NCBI GenBank assembly: GCA_965644295.1
Contig: CBFFRP010000338.1
Span: forward strand, 124,001 to 188,000
Direction of reading: 5' to 3'
Origin: Paraphysomonas bandaiensis
Lineage: Eukaryota; Protista; Chrysophyceae
Length of the DNA: 64,000 nt
A model generated the notes under the pieces. The model worked only from the letters and a program-made list of their open reading frames with translations, was not told the DNA's origin and made no database searches. Made by a program: the position numbers and the translations under genes. Shown one piece after another: positions 12,034 through 25,090 of this stretch (the stretch's first letter is position 1; every line of letters begins with the position of its first letter).

Positions 12034-15000
12034 ATGACTACAGAGCATAATGATCTTATGAATCGAAATGAATCCAGCGGATACAATCAATTCGGAGATG
12101 ACATGTAACTCATCTGTTTATGTATAATTATATATATAACTGTGTATTAGGACATCTAGTGGCTCTGTATCGTCTACATGGGCTGGAATAATACCTATGT
12201 CTGGCGATACATCATTTACATCCCCACAAAGTACATGTGGCCATGGCAATCCTGAATCTTTTACAGCGAACGGATTTTTACCTCCCACTGCGGATGATTC
12301 TCTTCGATTGAATCCCGATATAGTCAGTGGATTAAAAGGTCTCATGACCGAACAGCCTCCCGCAATATATGATACGAATACCAGTTCCAAGCCCACAAGT
12401 GCAACCTTTGGTGCTGGACTCAAAAACCTTGTTAGCATTAGCATTCCTTCTTATACTACCAAAATCGATTCAGACGGAAAGTATACTTCGTTTACTGTGA
12501 TTGTGCAAACTGTCTTTTCTACTACAGAGGTAGGTGATGTATGGTTCAATGAATATCTTGTCGAGTTAACTGCATATCAGATTCAGCGCAGATACAAGAA
12601 TTTTCTGTCTTTGCACCAACAGCTGATGCATCGCATCCCCAAAGAAATTCTTCCCCCTTTTCCGAAGAAAAAACGATTGGGTGTCTTTGAGCCCGCTTTT
12701 GTTGATGAGCGACGAGTTGCCCTTGAGCGATATCTTCAAGAACTAGTATGTCTACAAGAGGCTTGGGCCTGCCCTCAATTCATTGAGTTCCTTGACAATT
12801 CGCATCCTTACTTTTGTTTACTAGTTAAAGTCACCAAATTAACTGACGAGGTGGGTTATCTCACTCACTGTAATGGGAAGCTGTCACAGCAGTTGCGTGA
12901 GATGACGTCAGCGTATTCCGCGTCGTGCGAGGCATTGACTGACCTACAGCGTCGAATGATCATTTTGGAAAACAAAGCTGGTCTAATTCGAAATAGTCGA
13001 TCACAAGAAAACCCCAATATCTACCAAGATGCGCAGACATTTCGAGATATATCTAGCTCTAACAAGGAAACGTTTTCGAGCAATGTTGGGGTTGACTATT
13101 CAAGACAGTCAACTTCGAAAAGTGAATCATATTCTGATATTGATAGTGCTTCTATAATGCACGACAGATCTATTCCAAGAAGCCACAATAAGTTTGTTAC
13201 TGATTGTAGTGATGGTGTGCCTCCGCAGCTGTGTGATGCGACGAGGTCACTAAGTAGAAGCGGGCCCACTTTGCATGCGGAAGAGTTGCCTCACCATGGG
13301 TCAACTCCTGCTGTTAGATATCCACAAGGAGATATAAACACTGAAAAGCATCACACTATGCGTGGGAGGACATCATATACACCTGATTCTTTCCCCTCCG
13401 TTGTGAGAAAACCTCTAAAAGGCGGTGAGGGTAGTGGTGGGGATAGTTCAACCTCTTGTCCTGTCGAGCCGTTGGATTCACATCCAGTGTTGCTGAAATC
13501 ATTCGACACAATCTTGTCTTTCATTCTGCCTTCCTTGGATCAGCTTCAGTATCGTTACACTGTTGAAAAATATATCTCTAAGCTTGTCAGAAAGAGCTTA
13601 GGGGCTCAGATATACCAGACAAACATTCATGCACTTAGATGCTTCCTCCCTGATGACCCGCTTTCATTGTCGATATATTTATGCCGTGGTCTTGAAAATA
13701 CGTGGTATATCAGACTCAATGAAAAGCTGTGCCGTATGTCGCCAGGTGGAACGGCAGGGCCATCACCACCACATAATGTAAGTGGAAATTTGCACTCAGG
13801 CGACACCGAAACCCCTACGGATACTTTATCCCAGGGTACGGAACATGACACGTCACAAGCTAATCATGTCATAAGCCATGTCAATTTAATAAATGAACGT
13901 GGTGAGAATTGCTTGCAGTGTGTTATTGGCAATACAACTGTTGATATACGCGCTAATTTGAAAATTGACTTGTGCTTTTTTGCACTCCTTGAAGAAATTG
14001 ATCGTGCTATTGGTGGTAACCATTTGTTCAAAAAGTCGTTGAGTTTGATTAGAGCGTGGTGGACTTTGGAAGCGTCCTTGAGTTCTGACGTTCCGTTTAC
14101 AACGGCGCAGTTTGTTCCCGATACGTCTATGTGCATTATGGTTTGTGCCATATTTAGTCGCCATGCAAAGAAAATTGTCCATCCTATGCACGCTTTAAGT
14201 TTGTTTTTAGTAGAATATTCTGCATTTAATTGGTCGAATTGTTGTTTAACTCTGTATGGTCCTGTTCCTTTTTCGTCTCTTGAGACTAACAATTCAATTG
14301 CCGAAGCCTGTTCAACGTTGTATCCCGACAGTCTGATCGGGTCTCATATTATCTCGAAATATGAAACGTTATTTAAAGAATCTACGGAAGATGATGTTGG
14401 CCCTGTAAATACTACAACCAATTTTAATGAACAGGCTTCTTCGGGATATCAAAAAAGTGGTGTTGCACTTGGAAATGTACAGGGTGATGACTGCGGGCCA
14501 GATGGCAGTGAAAGTGTGGTCAGAACGAATGTATCTTCAGAGTACATCAAAATCCTTCACCCTCTAGATCCGAGTATCAATACTGTTCCAGATACCATGA
14601 CACAGAGATGTGTTGAAGTTATGACAGAGGTATTGAAGGGTGGCCATATGAAGTTAGATGAGATTTTGCAGATCCAAAATTCGCTATCTAGAGGTTCAGA
14701 TGATGAAGCGGTAGTGGACAAACTAGAAGCTGCTGTTTTTTCTATGTTTCAAGAAACGTCAAAACGGTATGGATCTGGCTGGCGACCGGATGTCTTTGGT
14801 GCTGATATTATTTCACCCATTGGCGAGTCTGAAAACAAAGCACCTACACTGAGCGCGTCGTCCTTTCCTGGTACTGAAACCAGTCAAGACGAATGCATGT
14901 ACGATTTCTGATTCTAATTTGCTTTTATAACTCTGTTCAGGAATGAATTGGGAACTGATTATTTAGCGCCATCTCTGGATATGATGTGGGAAAGAATTCG

Positions 15001-16055
15001 TTATTGCAATTTTCTCCTTGGCGCCCAGGTAATTGAAAATTTACTCAGTCTATGAAGTATGATGTGTTCTCAATCAGCTCACGGAAACAACATTACGTAC
15101 TTTGTCAAAAGAAATACTGCAAGAACGTGGCCCACTGCCAGTTGGAGAAATCGGGAAAATGCTTCAAGAAATTACTTGCATATCAACGCTTTCCGCTTAT
15201 CTGAAAGACAAGTTTGGTGGGCTTAAGAAGTTTCTTGAGATTTTTACCGACGATTTCGTTATAAGGTAGTTTTATTCATTTGCATCTACTCTTGTGGAAC
15301 ATCATATCTATGTGTAGTACTGACCATCCTTTCAACCCTCACGTATTCTTGCTACACTCCCTGACATCAGACGAGTTGAAGTCTATAACACAGGGAGTAA
15401 TTCCTCATCACATAACAAGCAAAGCCAGCAAAAGGGTAATTTGGCTTTAGTATGCAGATCATGTTTTTATCATTTTTATTTGTAGCGAGCGTCTCGTAAG
15501 AAACGATTGTCTAATGGCTCTATGCACTTTGAATCGTGTCCCTCTGTTCTTACCTATGGGGCCGTGACCAGTGCTCGCACTGGCTCAAGTGGGAGTATTT
15601 CTCGCACTTCTATTCAGCCGATTTCAAATCCTTCTCATCCATCAGCATCGTATCACCATTCTTCTCAGTTTCATTCTCGCCAGCCTATCTATTATCCTCA
15701 CAACCCACCAAATGTTGACGTGAGCTCAGGAGATACAAGTAGACAACTAATTTCAAGTCACTCTATATCCACAAATTCGCATTTACTACACGGTCATGAT
15801 ATTGGACAGGGGAATGACAGTGCTGATTTCCCTCAACTTCACATGGAGTTTGGTACACGCAGCCATTACCCTCACTCTGAGGCTCATTTAATTCGCCGAG
15901 TGACACCACCGACCCGCATGTATCATGCAGCAACGACATCGTCAACAGGAAAGGACCACGACTCCTTGCGTGCCACACCTAACGTAGAGAATATGGGACA
16001 GCACGATATTCGAACCCCTGGATTCTTTCCTGGATTTCGTGGCCAATTTACGTAA
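12034..16055 (+). CDS. PX-domain protein with a PAP/OAS1-like nucleotidyltransferase-fold region and an OST-HTH/LOTUS-like domain
   Basis: PX motifs RRYKNFLSLH, LPPFPKK and ERRVALERYL. NTase-associated motifs GGNHLFKKSLSLIRAWWTLEA and ILHPLDPSIN. LOTUS-like GPLPVGEIGKML...FGGLKKFLE lies in small 3' exons. An upstream exon from ATG 12034 splices in frame into the 904-aa ORF. Confidence 0.8.
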
Positions 16056-16459
16056 GTAGATGATTGTCACTGGTGATGTGACCAACTGTCAGAAATGTAC
16101 TATGAAGAAAGATTGCACTCTTGCTGTACGCGTACGTTGTGTGACTATATTTCCATGCTGCTTGACACAGTAAATCCGCGATATGCTGATATTCTTGATG
16201 CTGATCGCCAACCAGCAACGCATTACTCAGTAGATGTTGTGCAGCGACAAGCTATATTATGTTCATATTTTGATATTAGTTGTCATGAGCCGCTGCTAGT
16301 TTTTGAACAATACGTCGCAGGAATTGATATAGATCCTGATGAATGAGAGATAATTAAATTTAATTATCTATATTCAATTCGCAATATTTTAGTCGTTTTG
16401 TCTAATCTGAGATTTTGTCACAGCTTGACACAATACTGATTTGAAATACTTAGGGCTAA

Positions 16460-18036
16460 TCATAAGTGATAACCTTAAGTAGCTTTTTTTCGTTTTTTGT
16501 CCCCTCTCATAGGATAAGTACGGTATTTTGTTGTACCAACTGCAAAAACCTGTAACTATTAGAACATCTCAACACTTGTGACACTTACATTTACCCTGCT
16601 GATCAATCAATTCAATATAAAATTAAAGTGCAGGTAATTGACATAAATTGCCTCTTGCTGACAACTAACAATGGTTTCAGGAGCAACTCAAAAGCGCGCG
16701 AAAGGGACCAAAAGGAAGCGCACGAAAAAAACTGCTGCCGACGCCTGTAAGCTTAGAGAGAAAAGACAATGTCGTTTGATTAATTTCGACAAAGAGTCAT
16801 TCAAGCGGCCTCATGCTATACGCGAGAAACGCCATCTGTGTTTTAATGGGGTTCAAGGGCATCCCTTCTGGAGATTTTCTTGAAGTTTCTCCCTCCTGCC
16901 TTTGTCACGAAGATTACATCGGAAATTCCTAAACGTGAACTCAGATACTTCAATGGATGGACACTGCGGTTGTCTTTGAAAAAGATATATTGCATATTGA
17001 TATATTAAGATTCGAATTTATGGTGAGCAGTGTGTACCCGTTAGTGTCAAGCAAGGACCCGTCCTTTGCATCTTCAAATCAAGGCGTTCAAGAAATATTT
17101 TGATAAGAAATACCTCGTCAAGACGTTCGGAATCGTTAGTTGTGAACTTGTTTTGTCCCATTTGTACCTATATGTTGTAGGGGACGAAAAGTTGCTTCGC
17201 TTTTTTGGTGAAAGTGATAATGTTTGTGTGGTTTTTAGCAAGCCTCTGATAGAGTGGGGCTGTGGTTCTATCAGCTAGTACCAATTTTGTCCAATGGTTT
17301 GTCCTACTTGTTGCATTTTTATGCCTACAACATGATGTTAGTAAATTAGACGAAGGGTCATTTCCGGTTTCTCAAGTGGTAAAAATGTGGTGTCGACATG
17401 TACTAGAAGGTCCTTATGTGGACAAAAAGATGTCGATACCTTGCTTGTCTTTGACTCGTTTTACCATTCTAGCTTAACTAGGGAATTCATGAATCGACAA
17501 AACGTTAAGTACATTATTGGACTACATTCAAACTGATATGCTAAAGAAGAAGATACGCAAGGTGGGGGACTTTACTGGCGTTTATAACAAGACTACGGGC
17601 GAGATAATTGTTCAGTACTATGAAGCCACGGCATGGCCAGAAGATGCTAAGATATGGTCGACGAGGTTTGCATTGATGCGTACAAAAAGAAGTTTGGTGT
17701 ATGCGATTTGTTTAGCTGGTAGATCAAGTACCACATATGGCTGCACAAGCATGAGGGTAAAGGTGTTAAGGGTAAAAGGGGTAAGCAGGATTCCTTTGCG
17801 TTTGGCTGAATTTTGCAAAATACATTTAATGCCTATATCGTGGTATCAATGATGTCGCTAGTGAAGAATATGATTATCATAGCTTCTGTATGCAGCTAGC
17901 TGATCAAGTATATATGTATGCACTAGAACAGAATAATACTGCTACTATATAACGTAGCATTGCAAGACAACTACTTGATTAAAAATAATAATGATACGAT
18001 TAGGCTTTTAGATCTACTTGTGGTTATCACTTGTGG
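16460..18036 (+). mobile_element. Decayed piggyBac-like DNA transposon with frameshifted transposase
   Basis: Across frameshifts the sequence reads GDEKLLRFFGES...SKP-DRVGLWFYQL...FDSFYHS, resembling piggyBac DE..F.GR...KP..G and DN(Y/F)Y.S. Imperfect inverted ends at 16451-16483 and 18013-18045. TTAA at 18037-18040, degenerate CTAA at 16456-16459. Confidence 0.65.
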
Positions 18037-18101
18037 TTAACTCTAACTATCGCAATATATTGCAATCAATCGTGCAAAGACAGAAATGATAAAGATACAG
18101 T

Positions 18102-18667
18102 AGTAGTGAATGTCGTATTATTATTAGCAATAGGCGTTAAGAATCAGAACTAATTTAGCATTGCAATTTAGCAAACTCGTGCTTAACTCTGATATCCTAC
18201 ATTTCAACGCTACGAAAACTGACCCTCAACAAAATCGGACTCGCACCTTTTCGTGGTCTTCTGGGGGATAAGTACAGGAGATATTTCTCCGGGAAGCTAT
18301 TGTGAGCCGCATATTATATAAATATATATAGTCATAGCCGAATGCTTGTGTGGAAGGGACGTTTATAAGTGTCTCTTGTGTAGACGTCTTTGGGCCGTGA
18401 CGAATAAAGAGGCATCCGGGAATGGGCCCACCTCAAGGGCATCCGGGGCATTGGGCTGCCTCTAGTGAATGAAGTCAAGTATCCGGGCTGTTCACCTTGA
18501 GGACAGAGAACGAAAGTGGTTGCACATTGGTGCTTGCGGCGACACACAAGCAGCTTTGTAGCGCAGAATAGTAGGATATCAGAGTTAAGCACGAGATAGT
18601 TAAATTGTTTTGCTACACTAGTTCTGACTCTTACACGCCTATTGCTAATAATCAGTCATTCATTACA
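18102..18667. mobile_element. Non-autonomous element of family X with ~110-bp imperfect terminal inverted repeats
   Basis: Left arm (gtagtgaatg...ttattagcaataggcg...gtgcttaactctgatatcctac) is the reverse complement of the right arm (gtaggatatcagagttaagcac...cgcctattgctaataat...cattcattaca). No coding capacity and no clear TSD. Confidence 0.75.
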
Positions 18668-18994
18668 ACTACATCATTACTTTTCAATGTGGTATCCTAT
18701 ATCCTATAGGTATTCTGGAGTCTATTGTCTATTCAGGCAAGGGAGTTAATCCACTGAACACTGAGCAGACAATACAAATCAATAGTCGTTAGAACAGACT
18801 ACTTACCACTCACAATACTTCTACTTTCAGAATTTAATTAATGTGGAGAGATTCATGCTATTAGTTTATATTCAGAAACGTAGCGAATATATCAATCACC
18901 ACAGCACTAGTGCTTTTGATACAATATTATTGATCAGTGCGTTTCTGTACGCAACCGTACTCATGTAATAATCAGACTTTCATACTGTATTGAT

Positions 18995-19123
18995 CAGTGC
19001 CTAATGGTAATGGCATTAATGGCCATTATTATATCCGGGACAATTCATTAATGCCATTATAATAGCCGGGAACCGGACTATCATTAATGGGCCATTAATG
19101 GTATCCCATTAATGACCTGGACT
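18995..19123. repeat. Cluster of CATTAATG palindromes ending in CCTGGACTG; probable DNA-transposon end remnant
   Basis: About five CATTAATG copies in ~130 bp with CAG/CTG-like borders. No matching TIR pair or TSD found. Confidence 0.4.
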
Positions 19124-19372
19124 GCTATATATAGAGCTGAGTGTTTTTTTTGAATAATATAGAAGAAGATAACTGAGCGTGTTCTGGACAGCGCCAAGGT
19201 CACCAAGAGAGCTCGACTTGGTACCTGTGAGTCCAACTACCGCTGCTTGCTTCATATTGAAGCACAATCAAATGTCATTTTTCGCTCACGTATTTCTACT
19301 CAAATCATTTCAATGTTGTGTAATCTACTTCCATGCAAGAAATATCTCATTAGAAGTTATATACAATTGACA

Positions 19373-22300
19373 TCACCGAAAATTACAATGTGATATTCCA
19401 ACAATAATTTCATCAAGAAACATACGGCCGACAAAATTCACTTCGTCTCGATGACAGGTCAAGAGTACAACAATCTTTTTGTACAACAAAAAATTCCCTA
19501 CCCCCCCCATATAACGACACAGCCTATCCACGGAGCTAACACAGCCTAACATCGGAAATATTTCTGAAACGGCCTCTTCTAACAACGAGCGCGGATTGAC
19601 AATATCAACAGACCGAATCGCATCATCTGCTTGATAAAATGGACCACGCGAACTCTGAACCACGTACTTATTCTGAACGCCGCCAACAACAAGCGACGGA
19701 TGTATAAGATCATGCATAGAAAATCCGTGGGAAAGAAGGTAAACCAGCATTGCTTCTTTAGGAACAGCGTTCCAAGATATTGAACTACTCGAATACATCA
19801 GTTTCCGTTTCATAATATTTTTCAATGTGTACAATCCAAGAATAAAACAACGATAATTCGTTTCTTTTACATCCTTCTCAGGGTAATCAATGGCTATCAA
19901 TAACGCTTGTTGACGTGCCAAAGACATCATTCGACACTGTGCATCAGTTTTGGCAAAACCGATTCCTAAGAAAGGCATTGCGGCAGATCTATCGATTGTT
20001 TCACTCGGTTCACACGACCTATCGAGAATACCAATTGCCTCATCCAAAGATATCCATCTCGCATCAGATTCACTTTTGCACTGAGATAGCGCTGCAAGAG
20101 TTTTGGCTGCCCCACTCTTTATATTCAAGTTCATTCTCAATGAAATGAACCTAATAATATGTGGAATCTCTGTATTTAACACAACAGGTGACTCGGAAAT
20201 ACACGTTTTCGAATCGATTTGATGTACAAGAAAGGCATAGCGAAATAAACTTAATCTAGAATATTGATCCCCAATAACACTGTCCCATAAAAATTGTAAA
20301 CTCTTCCGCAATACTAGCAACCTTATTTTCCCAAAAGGTGTTTTCAAAAACTGTTTAACCTGCCTCATCGCCAAAAGCTGCGAACGCATTAGGAGACCTT
20401 CAGACACGTTGCCGTCAGCAGAATTGTCAGTATCTAACAATATTCCTGTCTTCGTCAAATGGGCTGCTTGATTACACTTCTCCCTAGCATGCTGACGGGC
20501 CAATGACACAAGCAGTAGACTAGATGAGTAAAGATGCGATTTTGTTGAGATCTTGATGTCATGAAAAAACCTCATATTCTGTGACAATAATTTTCTTGTC
20601 CACTTGACACGAGGAAGCAAAAAAGTTAAAACTTGATGCAATGAAGAAGAATCATGCATCACATCTGGAAAGTGATACAAAATTTTTTTCTCCGCCAACG
20701 AATTCTTAACACATTTCAAAAGCAGTGTTACCTCACTTTCGTCGAAATTTCCTGAGCAATCTGTATCAAAGCAGTGTATAAGTATTGCTAAACACATTGA
20801 ATAATATATATTGTTGTCGGCAACATCAGTATTTCCACTACGAGAAAAGGTAGGGTATGACAGAGTTGATGGTACGAATTCACCATACGCATAAATCATT
20901 TCTTGCGCAAGTTGCATCAATACTGTTTCCATTTTCAAAAAGTATCTCCCCTTAGAGGTAAATATCATTCTGAGCTTTGTGTTGACCTCTGCTTCATCCT
21001 CTGCTATTCTTGCGAGAACAAGTTGTTCTTGCTTGTCAACCGCCAATCTGAGATTCTTTAGAATTTCATTGAAAGAAACAGCCCCATCTTCTTGTACAAC
21101 TTCACTTTTAATATTAGAATCGCTCCCATTTGCGCTATTTAATAACGCATCGATTGCACGAAGTGACTGCTTCTGCGCTTCGATTTCTAATCGACCGATT
21201 CGCAAGTAATCGCAGAGCATTTTACACTTGGCATCTCTTTTCAAGATGCCTCTCATAATAATGTTTTTGAAGTACAGCTTTCTGCTGAAATATTTCATAC
21301 ACATCGGTGAACATAACCACTCAAACAAACTGTCGAGTTCAACAAAGCCAGAACTGTGAGGGTCTAGGACGGAAATTATGTCGCCTTTCTCTTCAGGAGG
21401 TATATCTAGGCAGAGATAGCGTTTGAACAACATATCCAGATCTCTAATGTGAAACGAATTCGAGCGTAAGGCAGAGGAGCAAAATATGCAACATAAATAC
21501 TCCAGCTGCCTGCGGGTATCACTCGTACTGTTTAACGAACTAATTCTGCTCACGACATGATCTACATCAATACTCTTTCGCTTGGCCCACAGCTCGCAAT
21601 CAGTGCGGCGTAAATGTGTTTTTCCTACTTTCGTTGTTAGCCTACTCCTATACTGTGCTTCTGCTCTGGTGTGAACATTTTCATACTCATACTCTTCTAT
21701 GACTTCATCATCAATATCTTCATCAATAACTGACGTTTCTTGTGATTCTACACCCAGGATATTTTTCAAATAATTCAAACACCCTCGTCTCCGAGAGCTT
21801 TTCGCCAAAGATATCGCTACAACCTGCAGTTTACGAACAGATTCGCGAATTGTACGCAACCTTTTCAAAAGATTTAATCGAATATTGTCGTGACGTTCCT
21901 TGGTAAGCATACTTAACTTCATGAGCTTCAACTCACTATCAGATATAGTCATTCTGTATACACATAAATCAGGAAAAAAGAGGCGATAGAACTACAGTTC
22001 TCACAATACCTTCTAGGGCGCTTTAATCTGTACTCTGTTAATGATATTAACGAGCATTCAACACCTACTAACAGTAGTCGCACGCATCTCACGTATATGT
22101 TTCCCAACAGGTTAGCATCTTGCCGCACAATTTTTTGACGCGAGTGGCAACAACTACAATACCGTGCCTTCACGTTTTCGCGCTTCAAGCAATCTAAATT
22201 AGCGAGCCATTCTCGAAATAAAGGAAATGTCCAAATATCATGCATCAACCAATCAAGCGGGAGGTCTTCTGACAGGCAGCTGGCAATGCACTTCGCTATA

Positions 22301-24375
22301 TTAGGAGACAAGAAACCGTCGTTACAAAGATTAGCGATATTATATACATGCTCGGACAACGGTGTATCATATATACTAGTGGAGGTTTCATCGCTTGATA
22401 TCGAATTACTAAGTACGTCTTTGTAGATCACTGCAGCGGCTGCTATTTGGTTCTGAAGAAGTCCAGATGTAAATGGGTTCGACATAATTGCCAGCTCGGC
22501 ATACACAGCCATCATCGAATTGTAAGATAATGAAGGGTACTCATATGCAGCCCGCATTACTTCTGCTTCACACTGCCGTTGTTTCAACCAATCTCGTTGA
22601 ACCCAAAATTTTGTATAAAATAAAGCTCTTTCACCAGTAACTGAGCAGAGTCTATTGTCACCTTTTCCTTTGAAATGACGAAGATAGTCCGTGAACAAGA
22701 CAAAAGGTTCCAGGCACCGACAGCAGTTATATTTGGGAGGTTGAGAAATTCGAAATAGCGCTTTCGCTTCATTAGATAACCACGAACAACACTGTCTCAA
22801 AACAGCTCGCTCAGACCTTCTCCTCAAAGTTTCTCCAGTCATGTCAAGTACAAGGCGCCGTGCTTTTAACATTTGTTTAAACAACATACCACTAACTGAG
22901 TTAGAAGCATCATTGCCACCGCCATTAGTGTACCATTCTGCAAACTCTACAAAGTCTATGTCTCCACTTCCATCACAATCCAAGTCATGAGCAAGTTGAT
23001 CTAACTCATTTTTATCAATTGGTACACACAGGTCTAATAACATCAATTTCAACTCCTCGATATCAATTGATCCCGATCCATCGGAGTCGTAGACCTCAAA
23101 TATGACCATGGCATCGTGCGCAAGTACATCCTCAGGGGATAACTGGTGTTTTATTCTGTTAAACTCCTCGTCTTGTGCAACTATTTTCTTTTTACATGCC
23201 TCTAAGTGAATTTTCCCAGCATCCGTGAGCAGGTACAGTTTGGTTCTGGCACTTTCAATCTGAATCGTTTCATCTCGAATAGCCTTTTCCATGTTTTGAC
23301 GATGCTCCTCACGAACCAATTCTTCCATGAGGCGTCGCTTACATCTGGTGACTGCTATTAGTCTTCTCGCAAAGCATTGTATCCTCAAGGCGGCATTATA
23401 CATAACTCTGTGGAGCTGTCTCAGGGCCCACGATCGCTGCTGGCGACAACTATAACCCCTGAAATTATATTGAATCAAAATGCACGACCTCAATTCTAGA
23501 CGTTTTTGATTTGCAATAGCTCTACCCCAAATACCTCTCTGTAATCGCTGCAGTTTACGTGCAGCCCGATAAAAGCGCATAAGAACTGCATATTCACGCA
23601 TTTTGATTCTCATTCTATACCATGATTTGATAAGTGTCGCCAAACGATTCATACGCTTTAAGTGATGTCTAAATCGACGTTGAATCAACAACGCACACTG
23701 AGTCCGCAATTTGAGACGACGCCAAAAATTCCTCCGGCGAATATAACTTCGATAACACCTCTGAATACTGGTTGCTCTGCGTGCTTTCACCATGAAATAC
23801 CTATGATACCATCGCTGAATGCGGTCGGCATAGTGATGTGCCGATGAGTCAAATGGGAAAAAATTGTCTTCCAAAACTAGCATCAGTTCCTCGGGATCTG
23901 ACACGCCAGCAGGCTCCGATATACGGCATTCTTCATATTTTTGAGACCCTAAATGAATGTCCAGTGCTTGCTGCAGTGCATTAAGGGATTCGTCGTAGTT
24001 GCCGTCTTCCTTTTCTAATTTCGCCTTGCGATTTAGCCACATAACATCCAAGCGACTGACAGCATTCTTAAAATCAAATTTTTGCTCAACACTTTCATCG
24101 GTGTCATTCATGTTCGAAGATGGAACCTTTAGTGATGAAAATTTCGATTTCAATAAGCTGCCAGTGGGACAAAACGCAGAAAATGAATCCAGAGGTTGTG
24201 TTAAAGATGATCCAACAAAATCTGGATAATATCCATCTTCATCAGTGCTTTCAAATGTTGAATCTAACCATGATGACATTTCATCTGAGAGCACAATGTC
24301 TTCTCTTGTTGTTTTATTGGCTTTCGATCGTGTTTTTTTCATTGTAGACGCAAAGCGTCTCTGTGCATTTAACAT
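19373..24375 (-). CDS. Large IQ-motif / EF-hand calcium-binding protein
   Basis: Multiple IQ motifs (IQRWY, IQRCYR, IQRRFR, IQYNFRG, IQCFAR). EF loops DSDGSGSIDIEE, DCDGSGDIDFVE, DPHSSGFVELD and DTDCSGNFDESE. A CCRC...H zinc-finger-like segment. Two long ORFs joined by an intron at ~21955-22010. Start uncertain. Confidence 0.85.
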
Positions 24376-24685
24376 ATTCGATAATCTTATCAGTAATACA
24401 CTGTATTCCAGTCGAATATGTATATGTGAGTATATCAGAAGTATAATAAACTGTCTGTTTGCCTCTGATTAGTAACAATGCTGTCTATAGACAGGCCGAT
24501 ACGGTTACTGTCAGTAGCATATGAGTTGAGGTCTATCTCTCAATCTACTGTAATAAATACATGAATGACCTCTCAGTACAGCACATCAGAATAAGAAATG
24601 AGGTCCGATGAACTGCCTTTAGAGGTAATTACTTTAAATCATCGTATATATAACACTGATATATCTATACATTCCATCTAGCCTC

Positions 24686-24745
24686 TACACACATACATAT
24701 ACACATACATGTACACATACACACATACATATACACACATACACT
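24686..24745 (+). repeat. Imperfect (CA/CATA)n microsatellite
   Basis: acacacatacatatacacatacatgtacacatacacacatacatatacacacatacac. Confidence 0.8.
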
Positions 24746-25090
24746 CAAGAAGTAACGGAATATGACACCGTATTCCACTGTATTCCTTCTTGTCCAAACA
24801 GAAGGGTTAGTTAAAGAATACAGTAGTGTATTACATAGTACAAGACTGTATTATCTCAATACACACCTTGTTTTGTGGCTGTGATTTCATCTGTAGGCAT
24901 GCTCATGTAGCTGATGGCTCCACTCATAGAGACATATACATACATGCAGTCATATGAACTTCCAATCCAGTTAAATAAATAAGAGCATACTGTTTGGATT
25001 ATATTCAGTGTTATCTTAATCACTACAAGACATTTATAATTATCTTATCAGCTGTATCTTTCAGCTGTTATAAATTTGTATACATATCCA

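Noticed and set aside
18928-19000. 13-bp direct repeat TATTGATCAGTGC as a TSD
   Set aside because: The enclosed ~50 bp has no terminal structure, so an insertion cannot be supported.
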